This document shows, in pieces, positions 1 through 8,404 of a stretch of 64,000 nucleotides of DNA. How positions within the stretch are numbered: position 1 is the first letter of the stretch; each line of letters begins with the position of its first letter. Both the position numbers and the translations under genes were made by a program. Source of the stretch: a virus (Duplodnaviria > Caudoviricetes); IMG/VR virus record IMGVR_UViG_2912838376_000002, positions 180,830-244,829 of that record; one strand, 5' to 3'. Under the pieces are notes generated by a model that did no database searches, was not told where the DNA came from, and saw nothing but the letters and a program-made list of their open reading frames with translations.

Positions 1-30
1 CATCATGATGCCTTCAAAGCCTTTTTGCAT
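1..30 (-). CDS. 5' fragment of a gene running off the left edge (MQKGFEGIMM...)
   Basis: ATG overlaps the TAA of the 30..263 ORF (TAATG coupling) with an upstream GAGGTG RBS; only 10 codons visible. Confidence 0.5.
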   Translation of the reverse strand, partial: MQKGFEGIMM

Positions 31-263
31 TAAGCAACACCTCTGACCGCTTTATCTACTTCTGCATAATCAACCTCCATAAGACCAGCAATCATACGTG
101 ATGCTAGAAGACTTGCAGATTTAAGTACCTTCGTTACGCCATTACAGAAATAAGTGATTTCGATAATACCTTCCTCAATCTTTCTGGCTACTACAGCAAC
201 TAAACCTTTTGTTTCTTCTTTTGCAAGGTAAATAGAATTTTCGTTCGTTGAGATTTCTAACAT
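30..263 (-). CDS. hypothetical phage protein (77 aa)
   Basis: ORF with AAGGTGAG RBS, same orientation as the early block. Confidence 0.7.
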   Translation of the reverse strand: MLEISTNENSIYLAKEETKGLVAVVARKIEEGIIEITYFCNGVTKVLKSASLLASRMIAGLMEVDYAEVDKAVRGVA

Positions 264-303
264 GATGGATTCTCACCTTTCGGATTTAAGTTTTTGTGTA
301 AAT

Positions 304-333
304 AAAAAAGAGAAAAGGGGATGCCTTCTCTCT
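304..333 (-). terminator. intrinsic terminator after the Q-rich gene
   Basis: AGAGAGAAGG/CCTTTTCTCT stem followed by a T-run on the minus strand. Confidence 0.6.
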
Positions 334-1016
334 TAGATTGGTAACTCATCTTCTTTAATTTGTGGTTCAACTTTATCTCCTGTTTCAACTGGTTGCTCTT
401 CTTGAGCAGGCTGTACAGGTTGTTGTTGCTCCATATTTTGAGGTGCAGGTGGCGTATAAGCAGGAGCTTGTTGACCAAACTGCGGGAACTGCATTGGTTG
501 CTGTTGCATAGGCATTTGCTGTTGCGGTTGCATACCAAATTGTTGTTGAGGTTGTTGCATTCCGAATTGTTGCTGTGGCATTTGTTGTTGCATAGGAACT
601 TGTCCTGTCAACATCGCTTCAGCAAAACGAAGAATTTGAGCTTTAACTTGTGGAGTTAAGTTAATGTGCTCCCAATAGTTCTTCTGTCCTGATTGTGCAT
701 CTACTCCATTTTCAGTTGAGATAGTCTGTACGAATGGTGCTTGTGTACGAGGACTCATACGAACTTGGAATGAAATACTACCAATAACAGAACGCAATAA
801 ACCATTGAACAAGATACCATGTGGCACTTGGTTAGCAGATGCAGGTTTTAATGAGATATTCTCAATACCTAACTGCATATTGCTTGGTGCATTCGTTACA
901 CCATACAGATAACTACTATTTTGACGATACCAGAACGGGTCAGACTGTTTCTGTTGCTGTTGACCAAATTGTGGTTGTTGTCCATATTGCGGTTGTGCAA
1001 ATTGTTGAGTTGTCAT
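333..1016 (-). CDS. Q-rich putative single-stranded nucleic-acid-binding protein (SpoVG/PC4-like core, acidic C-tail)
   Basis: Start at 1016 has a GGAGAG RBS; the core pattern (IENISL..., PFVQTIS..G..NYWEHINLTPQVKAQIL) resembles SpoVG; Q/P-rich linkers; SSB-like tail KEDELPI; lies near the helicase. Confidence 0.55.
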   Translation of the reverse strand: MTTQQFAQPQYGQQPQFGQQQQKQSDPFWYRQNSSYLYGVTNAPSNMQLGIENISLKPASANQVPHGILFNGLLRSVIGSISFQVRMSPRTQAPFVQTISTENGVDAQSGQKNYWEHINLTPQVKAQILRFAEAMLTGQVPMQQQMPQQQFGMQQPQQQFGMQPQQQMPMQQQPMQFPQFGQQAPAYTPPAPQNMEQQQPVQPAQEEQPVETGDKVEPQIKEDELPI

Positions 1017-1055
1017 AATAAAATCTCTCCATTTCATAATTAAAATTTTTAAATC

Positions 1056-1410
1056 AAAAAAGGTAGGGGAGTTAGCCCCTTAAGTAGTGCACTTAAACTT
1101 TTACCTACTCTATATTTAATTAGAGGAATTATTACCTCAAGAAAGGTAAAGGAGTTATCCTTTTGGGTACAGAACCAAACGCCCAGTTCTATATCCGAAC
1201 TATTCTTTACATCACTTTCGGATAGGGCGTTAGCCCCTATCCATTACGAGGGCACGTCCAGTTAAAGATTTCCGCTCTACATTTCATAGGCGGAAGTATA
1301 GGCGTTAGCCTGAACGTTAGTGAGGGTGCGTTAGCACCTATACGGTTGACCAATGCGTTAGCAGTGGGCAACAGCCCCGGCCGAAGGCCCGGGTAAATCC
1401 CGTCCTTATA
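1056..1410 (-). ncRNA. candidate structured non-coding RNA with seven UAAC-loop hairpins
   Basis: GC-rich intergenic region between helicase and SSB-like genes; GTTA loops (+ coordinates) at 1071, 1154, 1229, 1304, 1316, 1330, 1357, each closed by complementary arms; ends in a hairpin plus U6 on the minus strand. Confidence 0.65.
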
Positions 1411-1438
1411 TCTACGTTCTTTATATAAACGCACATAT

Positions 1439-1470
1439 AAAAACAGGAGCAGGGAAGAACCCCACTCCTA
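1439..1470 (-). terminator. intrinsic terminator after the helicase
   Basis: AGGAGTGGGG-TTCTT-CCCTGCTCCT stem-loop followed by GTTTTT. Confidence 0.7.
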
Positions 1471-1474
1471 TAAA

Positions 1475-2872
1475 TCATCTTACAATTACTAAGTTTTCTA
1501 CTGCTCGTGTAACTACAGTGTATAACCATCTGTTAGCATTCTTATATCCATCAACTCCACGATTAAATACTCCACTTTCATTAATTACATATACAGTCTT
1601 CCATTGTGAACCTTGAGATGAATGTCCAGTAATAACATATCCAAATTGAACTTCTACACCTATTGGAATCTCACGTTTTCCTTGAACTCTAAGCTCCTTG
1701 TTCTTCTTACGAATCTCAGAAGCTGTCTTTCTTTCAAACAATACATCCTCGTTTACTTCAATGTAACGATGCCCATCGAATGCTTCAGGAGTAAACTTGA
1801 ACTTGATATTTCCATTGTTTAGTTTCTTAATTTCAGATACTGTGCCACGCATACCGTTAGTTACTTGAATTTCACCATTGTTACCACCATCAATATTCTC
1901 TTTGATTACAACAGTTTCACCATCCATAAGAACTGGTTCATTGAAGCCAAGGTGTGAACGAATAGCTTGGTTTAGACTTTGACGAGTCTTATTCATACCA
2001 GCAATCACAACACCACCATTAGCAACTACCTTTGCATATTGGGCAACAGATACTCTACTGCGGTTAACAACAAATACTTTCCCACCAATGTTCTGATCTC
2101 TGTTAGGGAAGATGTAGGGTGTTCCATTTTCTGTAGCCTGACGAATAGCCATTGATAAAGCAACAATTGGATTATCTGCAGCTTGGCGTAATACTTCAGT
2201 AAGGATTGCATCTGGATTAACAAAGAAGTACTCTTCATCTTTAACAGGAGGTAACTGACCAGGATCTCCAACGATTAATACTTTGCATCCAGCTTTCTTA
2301 GCCATAGGAAGAATTTCCTCTGCCATACGTCTACCTGTCATAGAGAACTCATCACCAATGATTAGTCTTACACCGTATAAGTTTTCTGCAGAAGGAACAA
2401 AGCGAGTACGTCCATCTTTCATTAACTCAGGTACAAAGAATAGGCGATGTAGAGTAGAACAAGAATATCCAGGTGTCTTTTCTTTTAATACAAGTGAAGC
2501 AGTACCAGTTGGTGCACACATACGAACTTGGTCCGCTCTAATTCCAAGCTCCTCTAATATAAAATCAACAACAGTAGATTTACCTACACCAGCGAATCCT
2601 GCTAATTCAAACTTTCCATAACCATGAGTAGTAGAGTACCATCTCTTAATCTTGCTAACTACCGATTGTTGACTAGGTGTTAATACAATATCTCTTTTCT
2701 TCTTGCGTTTATTTGGTTGAACCGGTTCAGTAGTTTGATCTACATTGAATACAGGTTTAGGGCTATCTATAATATCTTCTGCTACAGTTACAGCATCAAC
2801 GGGATTAGTAACTGGCTTTTCCTTCTTTGTGTTTAAGTGTTTAATTAATTGGTTTGTTGTCATAATAGTCAT
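1475..2872 (-). CDS. SF1B (Dda/RecD-like) 5'-3' DNA helicase
   Basis: Walker A GFAGVGKS, APTG, DEFSM, GDPGQLPPV, LRQA, YVITGHSSQGSQW, YTVVTRA. Confidence 0.9.
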   Translation of the reverse strand: MTIMTTNQLIKHLNTKKEKPVTNPVDAVTVAEDIIDSPKPVFNVDQTTEPVQPNKRKKKRDIVLTPSQQSVVSKIKRWYSTTHGYGKFELAGFAGVGKSTVVDFILEELGIRADQVRMCAPTGTASLVLKEKTPGYSCSTLHRLFFVPELMKDGRTRFVPSAENLYGVRLIIGDEFSMTGRRMAEEILPMAKKAGCKVLIVGDPGQLPPVKDEEYFFVNPDAILTEVLRQAADNPIVALSMAIRQATENGTPYIFPNRDQNIGGKVFVVNRSRVSVAQYAKVVANGGVVIAGMNKTRQSLNQAIRSHLGFNEPVLMDGETVVIKENIDGGNNGEIQVTNGMRGTVSEIKKLNNGNIKFKFTPEAFDGHRYIEVNEDVLFERKTASEIRKKNKELRVQGKREIPIGVEVQFGYVITGHSSQGSQWKTVYVINESGVFNRGVDGYKNANRWLYTVVTRAVENLVIVR

Positions 2873-2940
2873 ATCGAAATCTCTCCTTATAATTGGCTTT
2901 TTAGTTTTAAGTCTTTAATTTTTATCTGTCTATATAAAAG

Positions 2941-2968
2941 AAAAAGAGCAGGGAAGAATCCCCGCTCT
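2941..2968 (-). terminator. intrinsic terminator
   Basis: AGAGCGGGG-ATTCTT-CCCTGCTCT plus T-run; near-identical to the terminator at 1439-1470. Confidence 0.75.
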
Positions 2969-2969
2969 G

Positions 2970-3818
2970 TTAAATCGGTAGAACGATGTCACCTAAGTCT
3001 AGAGTTGCAGCTTCTGGTTGTGTAGGTGGTTCTGGGTATTTAATTTCTGGAATAAGAATTGACTCATCAAACATTGATGGTGCTGATACAATAGATTGAA
3101 CTGGTCGAGCTTGTTTCACTTCTTCAACTACCTCTAAAATCTCCGCGTATAATCCAGTAAAAGTAGAGTTAGGAACATTCTTCTTTAAATGAGTTAATAC
3201 ACGAACAGTGTGACCCATATACTTTTCTAATTCAGCACGAATTGTTTTGTTCTCTCTATTGTCAGCAAGAGAACCGATAAATTGACCATCTTTATAAACA
3301 AGATAAGATGTTGTCATTGTTTCTTCATTTACCTCAACTTTTACATCCATAACACCTTCATCAACAGCTGCTTCTTTCATGTTCATGATTCCACACTCTT
3401 GTGCAATGTGAGACGCCTTTAAATCACAAGAAGATGCGAATGGACATCCTTTACATGGCTTATCAATACGAACATATAAGTCATACTGTTTGTTACCAAG
3501 TACATATTCTTGTGGTGCAGGATCTTCTACGATATCTTCCACTACTGGTTGTGGAGGAATGAATGGTGCTGGCGTTTCATTTGTATGTTGTACAGCTTCC
3601 GCCGCTTGTTTCATTAAAGTTGGCATCATAGCATCTATTTGTTGTTGTACTAATGTATTAACATCTACAGACTGTTCTTGTTGAACAGGTGTAGTATTTG
3701 ATTGTTGCATCCAAGTTAAGCCTTGTTGTAAAGCTTGTGTTTGTTGATTAAGAGCCTGTGCTTGTTGGCTTAATGTGTTCATATACATTGCAAAGATTTC
3801 GTTGTTATTCATATTCAT
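2970..3818 (-). CDS. hypothetical protein: Q-rich coiled N-terminus, Cys/His cluster, possible HIRAN-like beta domain
   Basis: Start at 3818 has a GGGAGAG RBS; CKGCPFASSC..H...C cluster; YLVYKDGQFIGSL segment; ends DIVLPI. Confidence 0.7.
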   Translation of the reverse strand: MNMNNNEIFAMYMNTLSQQAQALNQQTQALQQGLTWMQQSNTTPVQQEQSVDVNTLVQQQIDAMMPTLMKQAAEAVQHTNETPAPFIPPQPVVEDIVEDPAPQEYVLGNKQYDLYVRIDKPCKGCPFASSCDLKASHIAQECGIMNMKEAAVDEGVMDVKVEVNEETMTTSYLVYKDGQFIGSLADNRENKTIRAELEKYMGHTVRVLTHLKKNVPNSTFTGLYAEILEVVEEVKQARPVQSIVSAPSMFDESILIPEIKYPEPPTQPEAATLDLGDIVLPI

Positions 3819-3842
3819 TTCTCTCCCTTTATCTGATAAAAT

Positions 3843-3871
3843 AAAAGGGTAGCGGATTAACTCCACTACCC
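3843..3871 (-). terminator. intrinsic terminator after the RNAP gene
   Basis: GGGTAGTGGA-GTTAA-TCCGCTACCC stem-loop followed by TTTT. Confidence 0.7.
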
Positions 3872-3889
3872 AAATGATTGTTTTAATTA

Positions 3890-6800
3890 TTAGAAGCGAA
3901 CGATTGCAGTCGTTCCTTCTTCGCCAAATGCGATTTCTGTAACAGGGATTTCGTAGATACCAGCCATGCTGAAGTTTGTTGGAGCAAACCCCATGTATGC
4001 TGCATCTTCACGAGTAACTGTCATAGCGTCAGTAACTTGTGCATCTTTGTTTAAGAAGTACATTACAAGGCGAACAGAGTCTTGCTGTTGTTCTGGTTTA
4101 ATCGCAACTCGCACGTTACGGTTAACAGAAACAGTTTTATTCGCTACTTTTGCAACCGGGTTCATAACACGAACTTTCACTTGGTTAGAAACTGCAGTTG
4201 GAGCTGCAACTTTCTCAACTAAGCTAGATTGTAAAAGAGTGAATGTAATATCTTGTGGAACGAAATAAGTCTCAGAAACTCGGCCAGAGATTAAAGAGTT
4301 CATTTCTTCCGCAAATACTTCGAATGGTAAAGCAATGAATCCGTTAGATGCTACGAAACGATATTCGCGGCCATCTTTACGGTAAGCAGCTTTACCATTT
4401 GTTTTTGCTTCATTAACTAATAGGTATAGAGCACCAACTAATTGACGAACATCTAAACCTAATTCTTTTGCAGTTGCATACATTTCTTTACGAAGTTCTG
4501 CTTTGTATAGGTCACGAGCCATTTTGTATTGAGATAATGTAGCATCGTAGTTAGCACGGATCTTAGCAGTCTTCTTCGCTTTAGTTAGAGATTGCATGTT
4601 TTTCTTACGGAATACACCAGCTTCTTTAAGCTCAGCTTCAGCTTGCATCATGAAGTCTTTCTCAGCAGCCGCGCGAACATTCTCTTTTTGAGTGTAAGCA
4701 TTGTATAGGTTAGCAACATAGTACTTCACTGCATCAATTGATTGTGGAGCAACTTCCATGTGTGTAGCAATACGAGTACGAATCTCATTCTTAGCAGTAT
4801 TGCTGTGACCTGTTTGGAACTTCTCACATAATGCTACGATAGCTTCTTCTGCATAGTTGAATACAAACTCATAAGCGCTATCATTGTTAACTACACCAAA
4901 CTCATCTTTCTGAGAAGCTAACCATTGTGGCTTCTTAACTTCGAAACCAGTGATTACAGCTTGACCAGACATTTTATCTTGACGTACAATTGGGCTGAAG
5001 ATGTGAGCGTAAATACCTTTTTCTTCAGCAAGTAATGCAAACTTAGCCTCATTTGTTAATTCTAATTCAGCTTCCTCAAAGAAACGACCTTCGAAGTTAG
5101 CGAATAGTTTGTTGATAAGAGGCATAGATAGGTAAGCACCACCGTGTTTAGGACGGTCAATTTCCCAACGACCAGCAGTACATAAAGCAAGTAAGTCAGC
5201 TTCAACTTCCGCACGTTGAGCAGCATTTAATACTGAACGAGAAAGAAGGTCAGTTAAGATCATTGCACGGTTAGCAATTACACCGATTAAGCTTGCTTCA
5301 ATTGTATCAACAGTGATTTGTTGAGATAGACCAGCAACTACTTCTAAGAAATCGTGACGGCGAGCAGTACCATTCTCACCTTTTAATTCTTCTGGATTGA
5401 AGATTACATTGTTACCTTGAACGATAAATCCATTTACTTCTTTAGCTTCTGGTTTAGTTTCTTTAGCTTTAGCAGCTGCAGTTACATAAGTAGGACAACC
5501 TGTACCGAATTCAACAGCAACACCATTCTCGTATTTAACATAAGCATCAACGAATGGAAGTACAGCTTGATTACCGTATAATTCAACTTCTTTACGGATA
5601 CGAGCATTAACCATTAACTCATCAAAGATAATGATTGAAGTATCACCATCATGGTCAGCACCAGCTTGTTGTGCAACAACCCAAGAGAAAGCATCGAAGA
5701 ACGTAATACCTTGCCATAAACCTTGTTCAACGAACTCAGCATACTCTGGAGATTGAACAGCAGTTACAACTGGAATCTCATGAGTAACTGTAACAGGGAA
5801 ACGAACAGATAATGCTTTACCAGTTTCTAAGAAGAACTTGTCATCTTTCTTAGATGGAGCAACTACTTCATAAGCACCTAATACAGCATCTTCTTTAGTT
5901 GCAGTGTAACGACCATCTTTCGCAGCATTGTAGATAGCGAATACATCTGTGAACATATAACGAGTACGAGCTTGAGTAGTGAATAGTTTAGAATCTAATA
6001 ATTTGTTAAGCTTCTTAACTCCTAAACCAACAATCTCATCTTTAATGTATTGCTCATCAAGAATGTCACCAAACTCTTGAGCAAGACGTACATAATCAAC
6101 CGCCGCAAATTCTGTTTCTGCTTCTTCTTCAGCAGCATTAAGCATTGTTAAGATATCAGAAGTCATTTTCTCTTCGATAGAATTCTTCACGAAATCAACG
6201 CTGTTTGTAACACCTTGTTTTAATTCTTCAACAGATAATCCCATTTGTTGTGTAGCTTGAGATGCAACCCAGATACCGTCGTTACCATCTTTACGTTGTC
6301 CAACTACGAATAATTGGAATCCGTTTTCTTGGATGTCAGCTAAGATATCTTCTGATTTCACCATACCATCAGTTAAGATGATATCAGCATTGAATAATTC
6401 ACAGATTGGGTTGAACTCGAATGAAGCACCTTTAACTGCGTTAGAGATACGTAATTGGAATGCATCAAAGCTATTGATTACTCCTGCAGAACGTAAACCT
6501 TCAGTAACGCGTCGGTTGTGCCATCCTTGTCCATCTGTAAGGTTACGGAATAGAAGATCTTTAACAGCATCTTTGTTATCCCAGTTATTGAACTTCTCAA
6601 CACCTACAAATGCATTGTCTTTATTTAATACGTTTAACATGAAGTCTTGATCCATTGCGATTTGAGCAGTGAAATCATCAACTAAAGCGATTGTGATTTT
6701 CTCACCATCGTTATTTGTTACTACGATGTAAGCTGGTTTAATTTCACCAATTACATTACGAGTTCCAGCAGGGAAGAACTCAACTGTGTGGTTGTGGCTG

Positions 6801-8062
6801 AATGTGCTTAGTAAACCTTTATCAGCTTTAAGACCATTAGAACCTGCTAACATGAAACGTTTGTAAGACTTAGCAACATCCATTACATTGTATCCAGTTG
6901 CTTCACCATTTAATTTGTGCTTTTTACCATAAGCGCGCTCATCTTGACCAGTTCCTAAGAAGTAAGTAATTACATCTTCTAGAGTTTTGAAACCAACAGC
7001 ACCATTAGAACGAGCTTGAGACATTGATTTAGCATATGTTTTGTAAGAGAATGTTTCTTCTTCAGATACAACAGAACCAATTTCTAATTGACCATCTTCA
7101 CGGTGTAATACAGATACCTCAGAGAATACCGCTTTTAATACCGCGCCGTTTACTTCTTCACCAAATGGTAGAGAAGCAGATCCGTCAAATGTACACATTT
7201 CATCAAGAACAACTGCTTTTTGTGGTTCTTCAATACGTAGAGTCATACCATCTTTGCTGTACTCTTTAACAACATTGATTGTTTGAGTCTTTTTACCTTT
7301 AGCCATTGCGAAACGGTAAGCCGCTAAGCTACCAGACATCTTTTGGAATAGAGAGTTAACATTAGTTAGGTTGCTTACATTAGTATCCTTAGCAATGTAG
7401 AAGCGAACACCATCACGTAGAACTACTTTCTTGTTGTCGTCTTTTCCTACTTGAACCATTACATTCTCCATTAATTCTTCTACATCGAAGTCTACTAATT
7501 TACCTAGTACTTCACCACTAGATACTACATAGATATCACCCATGTTTAATGCTGCCATTAATACAGTCTCACGAGTCTTTTTGCCATGTACTTTAGCCTT
7601 AGCAGTAAGACGGCCTTTTAAGTTTAACTTCTCTAATGCTTTGAACTCTGCTGATTCCATGAACTTAGGGAATAGGCCAGGCATAACTACCATTAAGTAA
7701 TCGATTACTTGCTTACCAGTAGCAGAAGAGAACTGGATAGATACTTCAGTACCATCTTCTTTAGTTACTACGAATTTGTTACGACGAGCATCTACAGTTA
7801 ATGCAGTTGCATCAGTACCAATGAATTGTGAGAATAATGGAGCCTTTACACCCATACCGAATAATGCTTTAGCGATTTGTCCTGAAGCGTTTTGTACTAC
7901 CTGTAAGTTACCTGCTGTGAATACTACTGTTTTGTTTGTCATTTTAATCTCTCCTTTAGTTGTGTTGTTTACAGTTGTGTTAGTGTTGTTAGTCATAGTT
8001 GTGTTCTCTCCTTTGATTGTGTTAGTTCCTTGAGTTGTTGTAGCTGTAGTAGTGTTAGTCAT
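3890..8062 (-). CDS. single-chain two-barrel RNA polymerase, YonO/eukaryotic-RdRP-like (probably non-virion)
   Basis: RdRP-family motifs in order: LTDGQG, AFQLRISNAVKG, SVRFP, catalytic GADHDGD (5642-5662), IGVIAN, EIDRPKHG. Confidence 0.85.
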   Translation of the reverse strand: MTNTTTATTTQGTNTIKGENTTMTNNTNTTVNNTTKGEIKMTNKTVVFTAGNLQVVQNASGQIAKALFGMGVKAPLFSQFIGTDATALTVDARRNKFVVTKEDGTEVSIQFSSATGKQVIDYLMVVMPGLFPKFMESAEFKALEKLNLKGRLTAKAKVHGKKTRETVLMAALNMGDIYVVSSGEVLGKLVDFDVEELMENVMVQVGKDDNKKVVLRDGVRFYIAKDTNVSNLTNVNSLFQKMSGSLAAYRFAMAKGKKTQTINVVKEYSKDGMTLRIEEPQKAVVLDEMCTFDGSASLPFGEEVNGAVLKAVFSEVSVLHREDGQLEIGSVVSEEETFSYKTYAKSMSQARSNGAVGFKTLEDVITYFLGTGQDERAYGKKHKLNGEATGYNVMDVAKSYKRFMLAGSNGLKADKGLLSTFSHNHTVEFFPAGTRNVIGEIKPAYIVVTNNDGEKITIALVDDFTAQIAMDQDFMLNVLNKDNAFVGVEKFNNWDNKDAVKDLLFRNLTDGQGWHNRRVTEGLRSAGVINSFDAFQLRISNAVKGASFEFNPICELFNADIILTDGMVKSEDILADIQENGFQLFVVGQRKDGNDGIWVASQATQQMGLSVEELKQGVTNSVDFVKNSIEEKMTSDILTMLNAAEEEAETEFAAVDYVRLAQEFGDILDEQYIKDEIVGLGVKKLNKLLDSKLFTTQARTRYMFTDVFAIYNAAKDGRYTATKEDAVLGAYEVVAPSKKDDKFFLETGKALSVRFPVTVTHEIPVVTAVQSPEYAEFVEQGLWQGITFFDAFSWVVAQQAGADHDGDTSIIIFDELMVNARIRKEVELYGNQAVLPFVDAYVKYENGVAVEFGTGCPTYVTAAAKAKETKPEAKEVNGFIVQGNNVIFNPEELKGENGTARRHDFLEVVAGLSQQITVDTIEASLIGVIANRAMILTDLLSRSVLNAAQRAEVEADLLALCTAGRWEIDRPKHGGAYLSMPLINKLFANFEGRFFEEAELELTNEAKFALLAEEKGIYAHIFSPIVRQDKMSGQAVITGFEVKKPQWLASQKDEFGVVNNDSAYEFVFNYAEEAIVALCEKFQTGHSNTAKNEIRTRIATHMEVAPQSIDAVKYYVANLYNAYTQKENVRAAAEKDFMMQAEAELKEAGVFRKKNMQSLTKAKKTAKIRANYDATLSQYKMARDLYKAELRKEMYATAKELGLDVRQLVGALYLLVNEAKTNGKAAYRKDGREYRFVASNGFIALPFEVFAEEMNSLISGRVSETYFVPQDITFTLLQSSLVEKVAAPTAVSNQVKVRVMNPVAKVANKTVSVNRNVRVAIKPEQQQDSVRLVMYFLNKDAQVTDAMTVTREDAAYMGFAPTNFSMAGIYEIPVTEIAFGEEGTTAIVRF

Positions 8063-8233
8063 GATAATTCCTTTCATATGCTCTCATTTAATTGGTCAGG
8101 AGCTAGACCTATATTTGTGGGTCGGTAGTAGGGGGTGGGCATCGAAAGTCCACCAAGTACAACCCATATATACCACCTTGCGCCTCAAAAAATTTAAAAA
8201 AATCCAGCCTATATAGGGCAACAAGTCAGGAAG

Positions 8234-8289
8234 AAAGAAGGCGGTTATCCGTAGGGCACAGCCCAACAGCGGACGACTACCTTCTTTTT
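8234..8289 (+). terminator. branched hairpin, possibly a bidirectional terminator
   Basis: AAAGAAGG...CCTTCTTT outer stem, TCCG/CGGA inner stem, GGGC-ACA-GCCC sub-hairpin, then a T-run. Confidence 0.45.
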
Positions 8290-8348
8290 ATTTGTGCCTA
8301 CAGTCAGGAATGAGCGAGCCGGTGATGAAGCCAATAGTATTTGATTGA

Positions 8349-8373
8349 GAAAATGTGACAAATTGGTTAGGTT
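8349..8373 (+). promoter_or_regulatory. candidate phage late promoter, RAAAWT-N9-TGGTTA-NN-TT
   Basis: Same motif and spacing at 29981 and 53691; here it precedes the first plus-strand gene. Confidence 0.45.
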
Positions 8374-8404
8374 ATGGCTGAAGTCAGGAAAGGAGGGTGA
8401 GGAC

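Noticed and set aside
440-600. CAA/CAG-rich DNA repeats as a repeat element
   Set aside because: They simply encode the polyQ linker of the protein
1056-1410. Group I intron, tRNA, tmRNA or rRNA fragment (GCUAACGC also occurs in 16S rRNA)
   Set aside because: The region is intergenic, not interrupting a gene; I found no P7 core, cloverleaf, tag ORF or extended rRNA similarity
1237-1529. ORFs 1237..1434 and 1338..1529 (minus strand) over the structured region
   Set aside because: No convincing RBS, atypical composition, and overlap with the helicase end and terminator; the hairpin pattern explains the region better
1108-8214. Recurrent ATATAG on the minus strand in early intergenic regions as an early promoter
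   Set aside because: Short AT-rich hexamer with no consistent flanks or spacing; cannot be separated from chance without statistics
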